Positions 16,726-25,645 of a stretch of 64,000 nucleotides of DNA are shown piece by piece. The stretch spans positions 124,001 through 188,000 of IMG/VR virus record IMGVR_UViG_3300029258_003221. One strand, 5' to 3'. A model generated the notes under the pieces. It worked only from the letters and a program-made list of their open reading frames with translations. It ran no database searches and was not told the origin of the DNA. The number at the start of each line of letters is the position of its first letter. The stretch's first letter is position 1. A program made the position numbers and the translations under genes.

Positions 16726-17091
16726 TCAGGTTTCTGCGATTTTGCTCTTGAACTCATCAATTCCATAGCAAAGCATTGATCTGTTATCACGATCTACCTT
16801 GCGGTATTTCTCCAGAGCATCTTCGGAGATTTCTTCCCATCCATTGGCCATGCACAGGTAGTATTTGCCCTCAACATGAGCAACGTCACCCATACTGACA
16901 GAGCAAAACGGCTTTGACTGAAACATGTTCTGCCCGTAGTGGAAAATGCGTTCCAGCAGGGCAAACACGTCTTTCTTGCCGTCCGTAGTACAGGCGTAGA
17001 CTTCACTTTCCGGGATATCAACCGGACGAATCTTTTCCACATCCTCAAAAGCCAGCATGTGGACCTTGAATGTAAGGTTAGCCATCTTCAC
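16726..17091 (-). CDS. YodL-like domain protein
   Basis: LERIFHYGQN...SVSMGDVAHVEGKYYLC..NGW resembles the YodL pattern. Confidence 0.6.
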   Translation of the reverse strand: MKMANLTFKVHMLAFEDVEKIRPVDIPESEVYACTTDGKKDVFALLERIFHYGQNMFQSKPFCSVSMGDVAHVEGKYYLCMANGWEEISEDALEKYRKVDRDNRSMLCYGIDEFKSKIAET

Positions 17092-17309
17092 TCTCCCAAG
17101 TGTTCTTTGGTGATTGTTGTTGTCACTCTCTTGCCTATTGTCAGGGTGTCGCCAACCTTGAATACTGATGTGGCGTCCTCTAACAACTGATCGGCAGACA
17201 ATGGAGTTCCATTCACTTTGACAGCTTTATGAGAAACTGCTCGACGACTTTCGGCCATCGAGCAGAACTCAAATTGCATCAAAAATTGGTTAACTTTCAT
17301 CAGACTCAT
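17088..17309 (-). CDS. stand-alone S4-like RNA-binding protein
   Basis: SMAESRRAVSHKAVKVNG...GDTLTIGKR fits the S4 consensus (TyrRS C-terminal type). Confidence 0.65.
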   Translation of the reverse strand: MSLMKVNQFLMQFEFCSMAESRRAVSHKAVKVNGTPLSADQLLEDATSVFKVGDTLTIGKRVTTTITKEHLGE

Positions 17310-17853
17310 TCTGACATAATTCAGAACAGTAACACTCTCGATGCCAGTCTTCGTCGGTGTCCTCAAATGCCTCATGACAATTCAGACAGATTTCAACTGA
17401 TGGTGTGAAGTGATGTTGTTCGGCACAATACTCTGAGCAACAATCATACTCGCCGGTATCAGCGTTGCCGTATTTGTTCTTGCCGAGAAAATCTCCACAC
17501 TGAGCACACTTGGGTAAGTTCTCGTCGAACTCCTTAGCCCCAGCGATAAGAGTGTTGTAGGTGTCCTCATTGGCTGGTTCACAGTCCAATGGCATACTTG
17601 TGCCATGTGTAAACCCACAACCAATGTGGATTTCCTCGTCAGAATCAGCCTGCCATGCCTTGGCAATGGAAATTGCTGTTTCAACTGCTTCGGTCATGTT
17701 GGTGAATGTCTCAAATTCACCAACATATTTTTTGACCAGAGCATCAGGGCCGGTGTAATCAATGCCACCCTGAGTGATTTCGACAGTCGGGTGTTCTTCA
17801 CCCCAGCGTTTCTGTCGTGTAACGGTAAACTCATTGACTGCGATAGTCATCAT
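17290..17853 (-). CDS. hypothetical protein with C-terminal Cys-rich (Zn finger-like) repeats
   Basis: CAQC...CCSEYC and CLNC...YCSELC. Confidence 0.75.
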   Translation of the reverse strand: MMTIAVNEFTVTRQKRWGEEHPTVEITQGGIDYTGPDALVKKYVGEFETFTNMTEAVETAISIAKAWQADSDEEIHIGCGFTHGTSMPLDCEPANEDTYNTLIAGAKEFDENLPKCAQCGDFLGKNKYGNADTGEYDCCSEYCAEQHHFTPSVEICLNCHEAFEDTDEDWHRECYCSELCQNESDES

Positions 17854-17891
17854 AACACTCTCCCAAGTGAACAGGTTGTTTGAACAACTCG

Positions 17892-18089
17892 TTACCGGGT
17901 GTCGTGTTCCTTACGAACCTTCCGGTAGCATTCAATAAATTCAGCGTCAAATGAAGAACGCCATCCACAGCGGCAACGAAACTGATTCCCATCCCACTCT
18001 GTTCGTGGATGACCTTTACGACAACCATCACTCCCACAGTAAGGGGAGTATCCCGGTCGTGTCAGAAGATTCTTACGAACAATGCTCAT
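17892..18089 (-). CDS. small Cys-rich protein
   Basis: PYCG..C..PR....QF.C.CGW. Confidence 0.7.
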   Translation of the reverse strand: MSIVRKNLLTRPGYSPYCGSDGCRKGHPRTEWDGNQFRCRCGWRSSFDAEFIECYRKVRKEHDTR

Positions 18090-18442
18090 ATCAGTTCATC
18101 AATCTTCTTAACTTCGATTCGGGTGTCATCTTCAGCCCAGCACAATCCACTGTGAAGGACAGCACACAAATCGCCGTCATCATTCCGGCGACATTCATGC
18201 ACACGCCCAGACACTGGGAACTTCACGATGTAACGCTGTTCATCGCCAAACTTGTTGATTTCGTTTTTCTGGCAGAAGTCAACCAGAGTCTGGCCTTCCT
18301 CCAACATGCCGAGATAATTTGCCCTTACACCTTCAGTGTTCTTGATGGCAGTCGGCACGGCCTGTTCAGGTGCGTCACAATCGACTTTCGCAACCCAGCG
18401 ATTCGCTGAATTGACGTATATTGCTACGACGTAGGTGTTCAT
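18086..18442 (-). CDS. hypothetical protein
   Basis: 118 aa, coupled, RBS. Confidence 0.7.
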   Translation of the reverse strand: MNTYVVAIYVNSANRWVAKVDCDAPEQAVPTAIKNTEGVRANYLGMLEEGQTLVDFCQKNEINKFGDEQRYIVKFPVSGRVHECRRNDDGDLCAVLHSGLCWAEDDTRIEVKKIDELI

Positions 18443-18726
18443 CTCTCTCCCAAACCTTTCATGGTGTCATCTTCACCAAGATAGCGAACATCACCAATAT
18501 CAGCGGTGTCAGCTTCGTAGTCTCTGACTAATTCAAAAGCAGCAGTAACTACACGATGTTGGTCGTAAGCTTCTGAGAAGTTAGATGGCATACAGGATGA
18601 CATTCCAACAGTCCACCCGTCACCATAATTGGCCAAAAGAACAACATCATAAGGAGTGTTTTTATTGTCTGTGTAACCACGAACTTCAACACCAGTTGTG
18701 CCTGCTTTTTTCAGTTCGACTTTCAT
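18439..18726 (-). CDS. hypothetical protein
   Basis: 95 aa, ATGA coupling. Confidence 0.7.
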   Translation of the reverse strand: MKVELKKAGTTGVEVRGYTDNKNTPYDVVLLANYGDGWTVGMSSCMPSNFSEAYDQHRVVTAAFELVRDYEADTADIGDVRYLGEDDTMKGLGER

Positions 18727-18899
18727 CGTCGGTTCTTCTTCCTGTTTTGTCGTGCCCGTTTCTTGGCTGCACGATTTTTTCGTTTGATTGATCGTTCTTC
18801 AGGTGAAGTGAAGTAACCTCTTCGTGATGGTTGATCAGGTGTCATCGACCCCAAAGCAATCATCCCCATTGTCAACATCGCCATGTCCCGTTGATTCAT
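18723..18899 (-). CDS. small protein with basic C-terminus
   Basis: start moved; KRKNRAAKKRARQNRKKNRR tail. Confidence 0.6.
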   Translation of the reverse strand: MNQRDMAMLTMGMIALGSMTPDQPSRRGYFTSPEERSIKRKNRAAKKRARQNRKKNRR

Positions 18900-19176
18900 C
18901 TGTTTTCCTTTCTCCAATTTCACAACCAACCAGCAATGCCGACAGCATATTGCCCGAAGATTCTTGAACACGTTTGAGTTCATCTCGGACAGCAGCACCA
19001 CAAGCATCACTTACTATCTTTGCTGACTGAACGATTATTTCTGCATGCTTTTCACAGCGAGCAGCCAGTCGATCCAGTCCCAAATGTCTGGCTGATTCAG
19101 CGGTGTCACGAAGTGAATAAGCAATGTCATTGAATTGCTCGTGCATTTCGTAAACGACGTTAATCATTTCTTTCAT
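18835..19176 (-). CDS. hypothetical protein
   Basis: 113 aa. Confidence 0.65.
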   Translation of the reverse strand: MKEMINVVYEMHEQFNDIAYSLRDTAESARHLGLDRLAARCEKHAEIIVQSAKIVSDACGAAVRDELKRVQESSGNMLSALLVGCEIGERKTDESTGHGDVDNGDDCFGVDDT

Positions 19177-19242
19177 CAGACATTTCCTGTTTTAAGCCAA
19201 CCACCCATGCAGAATTGCAGAGGGGTGGCGGCGGGGAGAGTT

Positions 19243-19557
19243 TCAAACCGTGCCAGCAATTGCTGACACGGTGGGGAGAGTACCATCGTGTACCACGAAT
19301 TCCTCAATGTTCTTGTCTTCAATTCGGTGATAGGTGTCACTCACTGGGATAGTGACATAAACTCTGCCACCAGCTTCAACTGTGATATTATCCTCAGTGA
19401 TCTGCACCACCTTTGCCTTGAGTCTGTCGGCTCTTTTCTTCGCCACTCCCAGACGGCGATAAGTTTTTACGCAGGTGTTTGTACTTCCCCAATTAGCGAA
19501 ACTTCGCCAACGGTTATCACGACACATACGCATGCCGTCTTTGATTAGAAAAATCAT
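19243..19557 (-). CDS. hypothetical protein
   Basis: 104 aa, coupled. Confidence 0.7.
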   Translation of the reverse strand: MIFLIKDGMRMCRDNRWRSFANWGSTNTCVKTYRRLGVAKKRADRLKAKVVQITEDNITVEAGGRVYVTIPVSDTYHRIEDKNIEEFVVHDGTLPTVSAIAGTV

Positions 19558-19883
19558 TTCCAGCTCCCTGCATCAAGTTTCAATTCTTTCCGAATTAGCT
19601 TCAACGCAGTCTCAATGTGGGTGTCATGCAACGTCACTCCATTGTCGTCGTATGACTGGAAATTTTCGTCGTGAGGAACCAAACGAACCCACGTTCCATT
19701 CGCAAAACATGGATGATTGTCGTTGTACTGCAACTGATTTGTCAGTTTGTGGTACAATGCCCACATGAGTTGACAGCCATTTCGATCCTCAGCGAAGTCA
19801 CGACAATTCTGCGGCCCCAGATGATCCGCAATAGTACGAATCCCGTTTTTCAACTGTTCGTACCGGACTTGTGACATTTTCAT
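19554..19883 (-). CDS. hypothetical protein
   Basis: 109 aa, GGGGAGAG RBS. Confidence 0.7.
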   Translation of the reverse strand: MKMSQVRYEQLKNGIRTIADHLGPQNCRDFAEDRNGCQLMWALYHKLTNQLQYNDNHPCFANGTWVRLVPHDENFQSYDDNGVTLHDTHIETALKLIRKELKLDAGSWK

Positions 19884-20281
19884 TACTCTCTCCCCAAGTT
19901 TCTGTGATCACCACCACACAGGTAACAACCGTCAAGTCTGTCACACTCTTCAGGTGTCCACGGTGAGTCACACTGAATCACCTCAGTCTCTACTGCCTTG
20001 ATCGCCACAATCTGTGCGGCCTCATAAGCATCAGACAAAGGATTCGGACCCATGTTATCTCGATGGCAATAATACCAGATATCGAGATAGTCAGCCTTCG
20101 GCATGACAACACGGACAATACACGACGGAGCCGGATCAGGATATTCTCCTGTGTCGGAGTAATCATTGGGACAGGTGTCACCCCAATCCGGCTCCGTGTC
20201 CACACGACAGTCTACGGCATTTCTTGCACAATCCAAAACCGCACCGTCGCCGTAGTAGCTGATATATCGTTCGACGTTCAT
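19883..20281 (-). CDS. hypothetical protein
   Basis: start moved; GGGAGAG RBS. Confidence 0.7.
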   Translation of the reverse strand: MNVERYISYYGDGAVLDCARNAVDCRVDTEPDWGDTCPNDYSDTGEYPDPAPSCIVRVVMPKADYLDIWYYCHRDNMGPNPLSDAYEAAQIVAIKAVETEVIQCDSPWTPEECDRLDGCYLCGGDHRNLGRE

Positions 20282-20324
20282 CACTCTCTCCCCTAAAGTT
20301 GTGTTGATGAACAAATATCAGGTG

Positions 20325-20717
20325 TCAAACAGCAGCCATCTTCATGTAAAGAACAACCTGCTGAGCACTCATTTTGTAAACCTTGCCGTTCGACACGCTC
20401 TTCACCAGAATCGGATACTTTTTGGCACGAGTATTCGCACCAATGATCTCGAACGTGTCATTGCCGTTGCTGATCTCTTTTCCAAGATCATCAGGGGACA
20501 GACCCCACAGAACAGCATTTCGCTTGAAAGTTTCGCCGTCCTTCGTGTTCACTGAACCATCAGAGTTTTCAGTTCCAACTTCCAGCTTGAACGTGGCTGT
20601 TGTGTGATTGAATGAAGCACGACCAACATCAATTTTCACACCATCAAAGTCCAGATGTTCATCCAGAGCTGACTGGATGGCGTCACGAAGTTCACGTACT
20701 TTTGCCCTGTCAAACAT
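20325..20717 (-). CDS. phage-type hypothetical protein
   Basis: start moved; GGGAG RBS; TGA overlaps motif variant. Confidence 0.75.
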   Translation of the reverse strand: MFDRAKVRELRDAIQSALDEHLDFDGVKIDVGRASFNHTTATFKLEVGTENSDGSVNTKDGETFKRNAVLWGLSPDDLGKEISNGNDTFEIIGANTRAKKYPILVKSVSNGKVYKMSAQQVVLYMKMAAV

Positions 20718-20766
20718 TTGATTCTCCCTGTTGAAAAGAATTGTCTTACACCCAACTGTCAGGGTG

Positions 20767-21015
20767 TCAAACTTGAACAAGCAACCAGTAATGTGGCGTT
20801 GAATGATTGCAGTTAACAGTAGTCTTTTTAGGACGGTATGTCAGCCAACCGCCCACAGACCAGCCCAGATAAAAACCCATCAGACATTTGCTGCGACCTT
20901 CAGCCAATAGCTTTCGGTCGTAGATTTCAGTGTCTTCAGGCAATTGTTCGCCTGCGGTTATCTCTCGATAACCATCAGGGCAAGGCCACTGTTTCCGAAC
21001 TTGACTCTTCGCCAT
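20767..21015 (-). CDS. hypothetical protein
   Basis: 82 aa, GGGAGAG RBS. Confidence 0.65.
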   Translation of the reverse strand: MAKSQVRKQWPCPDGYREITAGEQLPEDTEIYDRKLLAEGRSKCLMGFYLGWSVGGWLTYRPKKTTVNCNHSTPHYWLLVQV

Positions 21016-21029
21016 TTGACTCTCCCAAA

Positions 21030-21242
21030 TCAGGTGTCAACAAAAAACACTTTGGCGGTCAAAGTGAGATCCTCCAACAGTTCAGTACAAACACCATTCC
21101 TGCCGATGTTTTTGTCGTCCCACTGAACCCACACAAATCCATCAAGATCCTTTGCCCCATCTTCTGGTGGGTCAATAACACGACCACCACAGGGACGAGA
21201 TTTGCTTTGATTTAGAACTACTGTGCCGGGTCCAATTTTCAT
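21030..21242 (-). CDS. hypothetical protein
   Basis: 70 aa, coupled. Confidence 0.65.
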   Translation of the reverse strand: MKIGPGTVVLNQSKSRPCGGRVIDPPEDGAKDLDGFVWVQWDDKNIGRNGVCTELLEDLTLTAKVFFVDT

Positions 21243-21706
21243 CAGTCTAACCCCAATGCTTCACGTCCAACAAACTTGCCTTCGGTGAAACCAAGTGAAT
21301 ACAGAATGTCCGATGCCAGAGTGTTGCCGACTTCATAGTCACACTCTTCATCACCTTCGATCCATTCGGTGTCCTCACACAACCGTCTGAGGAATACTGG
21401 AAAACTCTCCGGGCTGATATCACAGTCAAGAGTGGTCGCCAGCACCAGCTTGTCGCCAGTCTTCCAGTATTTGGTGTCAGATGTCGCAGTGATAGACCGC
21501 TCACCGTTGCTGAATGAATCCCCACGGGCAGGAACATAGCAAGCCTGCAATCGACTATCGATGCCGATGTTCACCATCTTAGTGGCTACTCGGGCTTCAT
21601 CCTCACAGGTGATGCTCATGGTGAAATTCTCACCAGCACATGCCCTGATGATATCATCGTACTGGTACGTGTAACCGTTGCAGAAAAGCTGTCGTGTGTC
21701 GTCCAT
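21242..21706 (-). CDS. hypothetical protein
   Basis: start moved; GGGAGAG RBS. Confidence 0.7.
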   Translation of the reverse strand: MDDTRQLFCNGYTYQYDDIIRACAGENFTMSITCEDEARVATKMVNIGIDSRLQACYVPARGDSFSNGERSITATSDTKYWKTGDKLVLATTLDCDISPESFPVFLRRLCEDTEWIEGDEECDYEVGNTLASDILYSLGFTEGKFVGREALGLD

Positions 21707-21752
21707 CGTTTCTCTCCCAGATAAGGTTGTTGATGACAATTTACTGGGTGTC

Positions 21753-21796
21753 AAATAAAAAAGGCACCCGGTGACTAACATCATCACCGGGTGCCT
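21753..21796 (-). terminator. intrinsic terminator after ParB-like gene
   Basis: 13-bp stem AGGCACCCGGTGA/TCACCGGGTGCCT plus TTTTTATTT, then GACACCC. Confidence 0.75.
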
Positions 21797-21816
21797 CAAC
21801 AGGGGACGACAGGGCG

Positions 21817-22806
21817 TCAAGCTGCCTTTCGCTTACTAGGCTTCTTCTGTTCCAGTCGGCGGAAAGCATTGTCCATCTGTTTGTCAGACTTGTTACCTGC
21901 CTGCCACTCAAGCAGGACATTCATCACATCATGAAAGTCCTCGAACTTTTCGTCTTCCAGACGTGAGTTCAGGTAAGTCTTCAGTTCCCGAATCGAGCGG
22001 GTAATGCTCTTAGCAGGCTTCTGGTCCGAAGGTGCCGGAGCTTCACCGAAAATCGCATCAGCTTCCGAATCATCATCGTCCACGTCGGCGAGATGATGAT
22101 CTCGCAACTGTGATCGAACATCCGAACCACTCACCTTGCCGTTGTCCTTCTGACACTTGGCGATGATTGCTGCTCGTTCCTCGGTGTCCACATCCAGCAG
22201 ATCAACAGCAACCTGCGTCGGAAGCTGACCAAGGTGAACCATTCGCTGCTCCTCATCACTCAGAGACAGCAGCTTGCGGAGCTTGCCAACCTGAGTCACA
22301 GAACAACCATAAAACTTGGCGATGTCCGTGTCACTGTCACCGTGCTCACGCATCCGGTTCTGGTTGTGAGCATCGTCGATGTCCGAACAAGCATTTCGCT
22401 CGTTGTTCTCGGCGATATTGCGGTACAAAGCTTCCTTATCGTTGCAATCGGCAACGATCACCTTGAGCGTGAACTCGGGATCATGGTACTGAACCCCTTC
22501 GTGCTCAAATCCACTGCGGATCAGACGGGCAGCAGCAGTTCGGGTGAATCCCAGAACCAACTGAAGTTTTTTGTCCTGAACTCGGCGAGCCATGACCGGC
22601 TGCAACTGAGTCTTTTCCAACATGGAAATTGCACGACTGATGATATCAGCCTCTGTCGGTGCAAATTTCCGACCTCGAAGATCGTCCTTGACGATGATTT
22701 CGTTGGGATCAACGAAAAAGTAATCCCGACGCTTCACGTCACCTGCGTTCAATGCCGTAGCCATTCTGTAGTCCTCTGCAAAACTAGGAAAAAAGTTGTC
22801 ATTCAC
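21817..22806 (-). CDS. ParB/RepB/Spo0J-like protein
   Basis: QLQPVMARR...LVLGFTRTAA, NIAENNER, HTH-like DIAKFYGCSVTQV; ends KRKAA. Confidence 0.8.
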   Translation of the reverse strand: MNDNFFPSFAEDYRMATALNAGDVKRRDYFFVDPNEIIVKDDLRGRKFAPTEADIISRAISMLEKTQLQPVMARRVQDKKLQLVLGFTRTAAARLIRSGFEHEGVQYHDPEFTLKVIVADCNDKEALYRNIAENNERNACSDIDDAHNQNRMREHGDSDTDIAKFYGCSVTQVGKLRKLLSLSDEEQRMVHLGQLPTQVAVDLLDVDTEERAAIIAKCQKDNGKVSGSDVRSQLRDHHLADVDDDDSEADAIFGEAPAPSDQKPAKSITRSIRELKTYLNSRLEDEKFEDFHDVMNVLLEWQAGNKSDKQMDNAFRRLEQKKPSKRKAA

Positions 22807-22955
22807 ACTGTCTTGTCGGGTGTCACTGATCGCTCATTGTGCCACTCAACATCCACTACACCCTGTGCATCACTACGAGTTAAACCCTTTTCTTCATAGG
22901 CTCGAACTCGCTTCTCGTATTCTGCCCATTCCTCTGGGGTCTTAGGATGAATCAT
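22803..22955 (-). CDS. hypothetical protein
   Basis: start moved; coupled to ParB-like gene. Confidence 0.55.
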   Translation of the reverse strand: MIHPKTPEEWAEYEKRVRAYEEKGLTRSDAQGVVDVEWHNERSVTPDKTV

Positions 22956-23154
22956 CAATAAAACCCTTGTTCGGTGATGCAGGAGAGACTTGAACTCCCA
23001 TTTCAGCAAACCTTCAACATACTTTTCCCGTGTCTCTCGGGCCTTTCTGCCAAAGGAGACATATTTGCTGAACTCTACCTGACTGCACCATGTGTTTCAA
23101 AATGAGGGACAAGCAACACACTCATCCCCCGTGGGACTTCCTCTCTGTCTTTTC

Positions 23155-23610
23155 TTACTGGGTGTCCACTTTGGGAACCAATGGCAATCTGTCGCCTTCA
23201 CCAAACATATATTCCTCTGGATCATCCTTGAAACGAACTACGCACTCGTAATATGACTTCGAGTGGTCCTCAAAGACAGATTCAACTGTCTTCTCATGAC
23301 AAATCGTGTCAGTTTCATATATCACGGTGTCACCTTTATTCAAATCACAAGGCTCAACCGTAAATGTCTCTGGAATATCCGTTTCCCGACTAACAGCTCC
23401 CATGATGGCACCCATCACAGTCAATGGTTCTTCTGCCCATTCAGAAGCTTCCCACATAACCATCTCAAAACCGTTTGAGTCCACCAACCGAACATATTCA
23501 CATTCAGCCGGATAAGCAGGACAAACCAGTCGGAGACCATTAGGAAGCAAAACACTGCATTCCTTCTCTCGATCAATCGGTCCATACTGCGGGTTAAATG
23601 GCCCCATCAA
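23155..23610 (-). CDS. hypothetical protein
   Basis: 151 aa, AGGAG RBS. Confidence 0.7.
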   Translation of the reverse strand: MMGPFNPQYGPIDREKECSVLLPNGLRLVCPAYPAECEYVRLVDSNGFEMVMWEASEWAEEPLTVMGAIMGAVSRETDIPETFTVEPCDLNKGDTVIYETDTICHEKTVESVFEDHSKSYYECVVRFKDDPEEYMFGEGDRLPLVPKVDTQ

Positions 23611-23663
23611 TCTCGCTCCTTTTCAAAAAAACAGGATCACTCAGCTTCCGATTCACCGATGAA

Positions 23664-24155
23664 TCAATCTCGCTCCCCAAAAGGAAATAATGCAGATCGT
23701 GCCTCATTAAATGCCTTCTCTGCCTCTTTGAACTTCTTACGGGCTTTTATCACGGTGTCCACACTGTGATTCGTTCGGTACTCCGGTGGAGAGTAAATCC
23801 GACTCACAAACCCACTCTGAATATCAGCAACATAAACGGTTTTCTCTGAGTAAATAGCCTCGCCACACTCCCTGCCTTCTTCAGTGTATGTCTCACAACA
23901 CTTGACCAGATAAGAAACACTGTATTCCAACCCATTCCGCACAATCATTTGCAGAATAGGATCTGAAGGAAACTGTGATTCAATTTCCTTCAATTTGTCC
24001 TCAATCTTCTTGAACAAACCACCAGACTGTTTCCTGATGCTCTCACCAACATACTCACTGAAAAATTCAGCCAGTACAGGAAAAATCTCATTCGCTATCC
24101 GACTGGCTGTATTCTCGCCACGTACTCGAATTTCGAGCTTAGTTTGATTTCCCAT
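23664..24155 (-). CDS. hypothetical protein
   Basis: 163 aa, GGGGAGAG RBS. Confidence 0.75.
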   Translation of the reverse strand: MGNQTKLEIRVRGENTASRIANEIFPVLAEFFSEYVGESIRKQSGGLFKKIEDKLKEIESQFPSDPILQMIVRNGLEYSVSYLVKCCETYTEEGRECGEAIYSEKTVYVADIQSGFVSRIYSPPEYRTNHSVDTVIKARKKFKEAEKAFNEARSALFPFGERD

Positions 24156-24270
24156 GTCTCTCCCCTAGTAGTTGAATGGAATGTCGCCTTTGGGCCAAAA
24201 GGCTGCAATGACAAATGGTATTGTCAATGCAGCAACCAAAAGCAGTGTTGTCAGAGTGTTCATGGGTGTC

Positions 24271-24492
24271 CTAATCTACAATCGGGGCATTCAACCCACC
24301 TTGGGTCAAATAACGACGAACATCAGTCAGGTAATAAATTGGCTCGTTGTTTGAAGTGAGACCAATAGTCTGACCATCCATCCACTGAGAAAAATTCCCC
24401 CAATCACAGTTCAGACGTTGAAACTCCTGACGGAGCAATGTCTCCGTATAGCCCAAATCATGATCGGGATCAGCAAGTTGTTGGAAAAGCAT
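24271..24492 (-). CDS. hypothetical protein whose start region is tandemly duplicated
   Basis: ATG of the second repeat copy is in frame; TAG-GACACCC. Confidence 0.6.
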   Translation of the reverse strand: MLFQQLADPDHDLGYTETLLRQEFQRLNCDWGNFSQWMDGQTIGLTSNNEPIYYLTDVRRYLTQGGLNAPIVD

Positions 24493-24525
24493 GATCGGGA
24501 TCAGCAAGTTGTTGGAAAAGCATGA
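24459..24525. repeat. perfect 31-bp tandem duplication
   Basis: CATGATCGGGATCAGCAAGTTGTTGGAAAAG x2 plus CATGA. Confidence 0.95.
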
Positions 24526-24531
24526 GGTGTC

Positions 24532-24750
24532 CTACAGGTAATAATGCCAAGGCTTGCCGTCCATCTCCAGCACATCGTCTTCATCACCCAATAACTCAGC
24601 TATCTGAGTCAGTGATTTACGAGCACTGCCGTACAGCTTATCTGCCTCTGTGTCATCCAAAGATGATTCTCTGGATCGCTGAATGTCCGAAACATAAGAC
24701 CAAAACAACTCTCTGAGCCGTGTTTCGGACATTTGTGTTAAATCAAGCAT
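24532..24750 (-). CDS. hypothetical protein
   Basis: start moved. Confidence 0.6.
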   Translation of the reverse strand: MLDLTQMSETRLRELFWSYVSDIQRSRESSLDDTEADKLYGSARKSLTQIAELLGDEDDVLEMDGKPWHYYL

Positions 24751-24929
24751 GATGGCCCTGCTGGCAAGTCCTGCTTCCAATAAGCCTGACCAACACCGAT
24801 GTAATGATAAGTCGTGTAAACGTGTGATCCGTTGTGCCGTTGCACTTTAGTCAGATCAGAATTCCGACAACCTCCGAGCTGACAATAAGCTCGGTAAGAT
24901 ATCTGATTGTCATGTGTTGCTGGTATCAT
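24738..24929 (-). CDS. hypothetical protein
   Basis: ATG directly follows AGGACACCC. Confidence 0.55.
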   Translation of the reverse strand: MIPATHDNQISYRAYCQLGGCRNSDLTKVQRHNGSHVYTTYHYIGVGQAYWKQDLPAGPSCLI

Positions 24930-25182
24930 GGGTGTCCTTTGCGAAATTCTTGCCTTGCCCAAGAGGACCGGCCTTTAATTCCACATCCTCATCCCCAACA
25001 TGATCCTGCAACAATTTCATCTCACGTTTCAGCAAAATGTGATCGTCGCCAGAACCACAAGCCATCACCCCTGTACGCAACACTGTTGCAATGTTGCCTA
25101 CAGCTTCAGTGCGACCATAGTAAGATGCACCACTGGTAATTGACTTAAATACGTTGGGCATTAGCCTTTTCCTTGTAGCCAT
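24910..25182 (-). CDS. hypothetical protein
   Basis: 90 aa. Confidence 0.55.
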   Translation of the reverse strand: MATRKRLMPNVFKSITSGASYYGRTEAVGNIATVLRTGVMACGSGDDHILLKREMKLLQDHVGDEDVELKAGPLGQGKNFAKDTHDTSNT

Positions 25183-25323
25183 GAGGGATAGTGCTGTTGC
25201 GTCATTTGTGCCTTGTGCTTTTGAGAGGTTGGAGTGATGCCGCTAAGCATTTCGCATACTTCAAAGAAGCTTACGCTTTGAGTTGGCTGTTAGTTATCCC
25301 TCATTATTTCATTGGGTGTCCTC

Positions 25324-25581
25324 AAAAACAGAGATTATACTGAATCCGTTCTCCATCATCAGCCTCTTTTCCACCAAGCGGAGTTCGCTCATGACCCTAG
25401 TCTTGACCTCTACGGTCTGAAGGCATGTGACGGCTATTCGCTTCATTGGTGGGAATCAGCAAGGTCGCAAAACGTAAACACGACTTGGCTTCGTCGGGGA
25501 TACTTAGCCCCAATTATGTCGCCACCACGTTGCCACGTGACTTTGACGAGACTTATATTGCCCTACTTGCTTCCCTCTGTT
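25324..25581 (-). ncRNA. candidate structured RNA of about 255 nt
   Basis: no sense-strand ORF of 60 aa or more; closed by AACAGAG/CTCTGTT plus U-tract; several internal hairpins; followed by GACACCC. Confidence 0.4.
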
Positions 25582-25645
25582 GTTTCAAGAAAAGGATGAT
25601 CTTGTCTTGTGAACTTCGTTTCCCGACAAGACCACCCTTTTCGTG

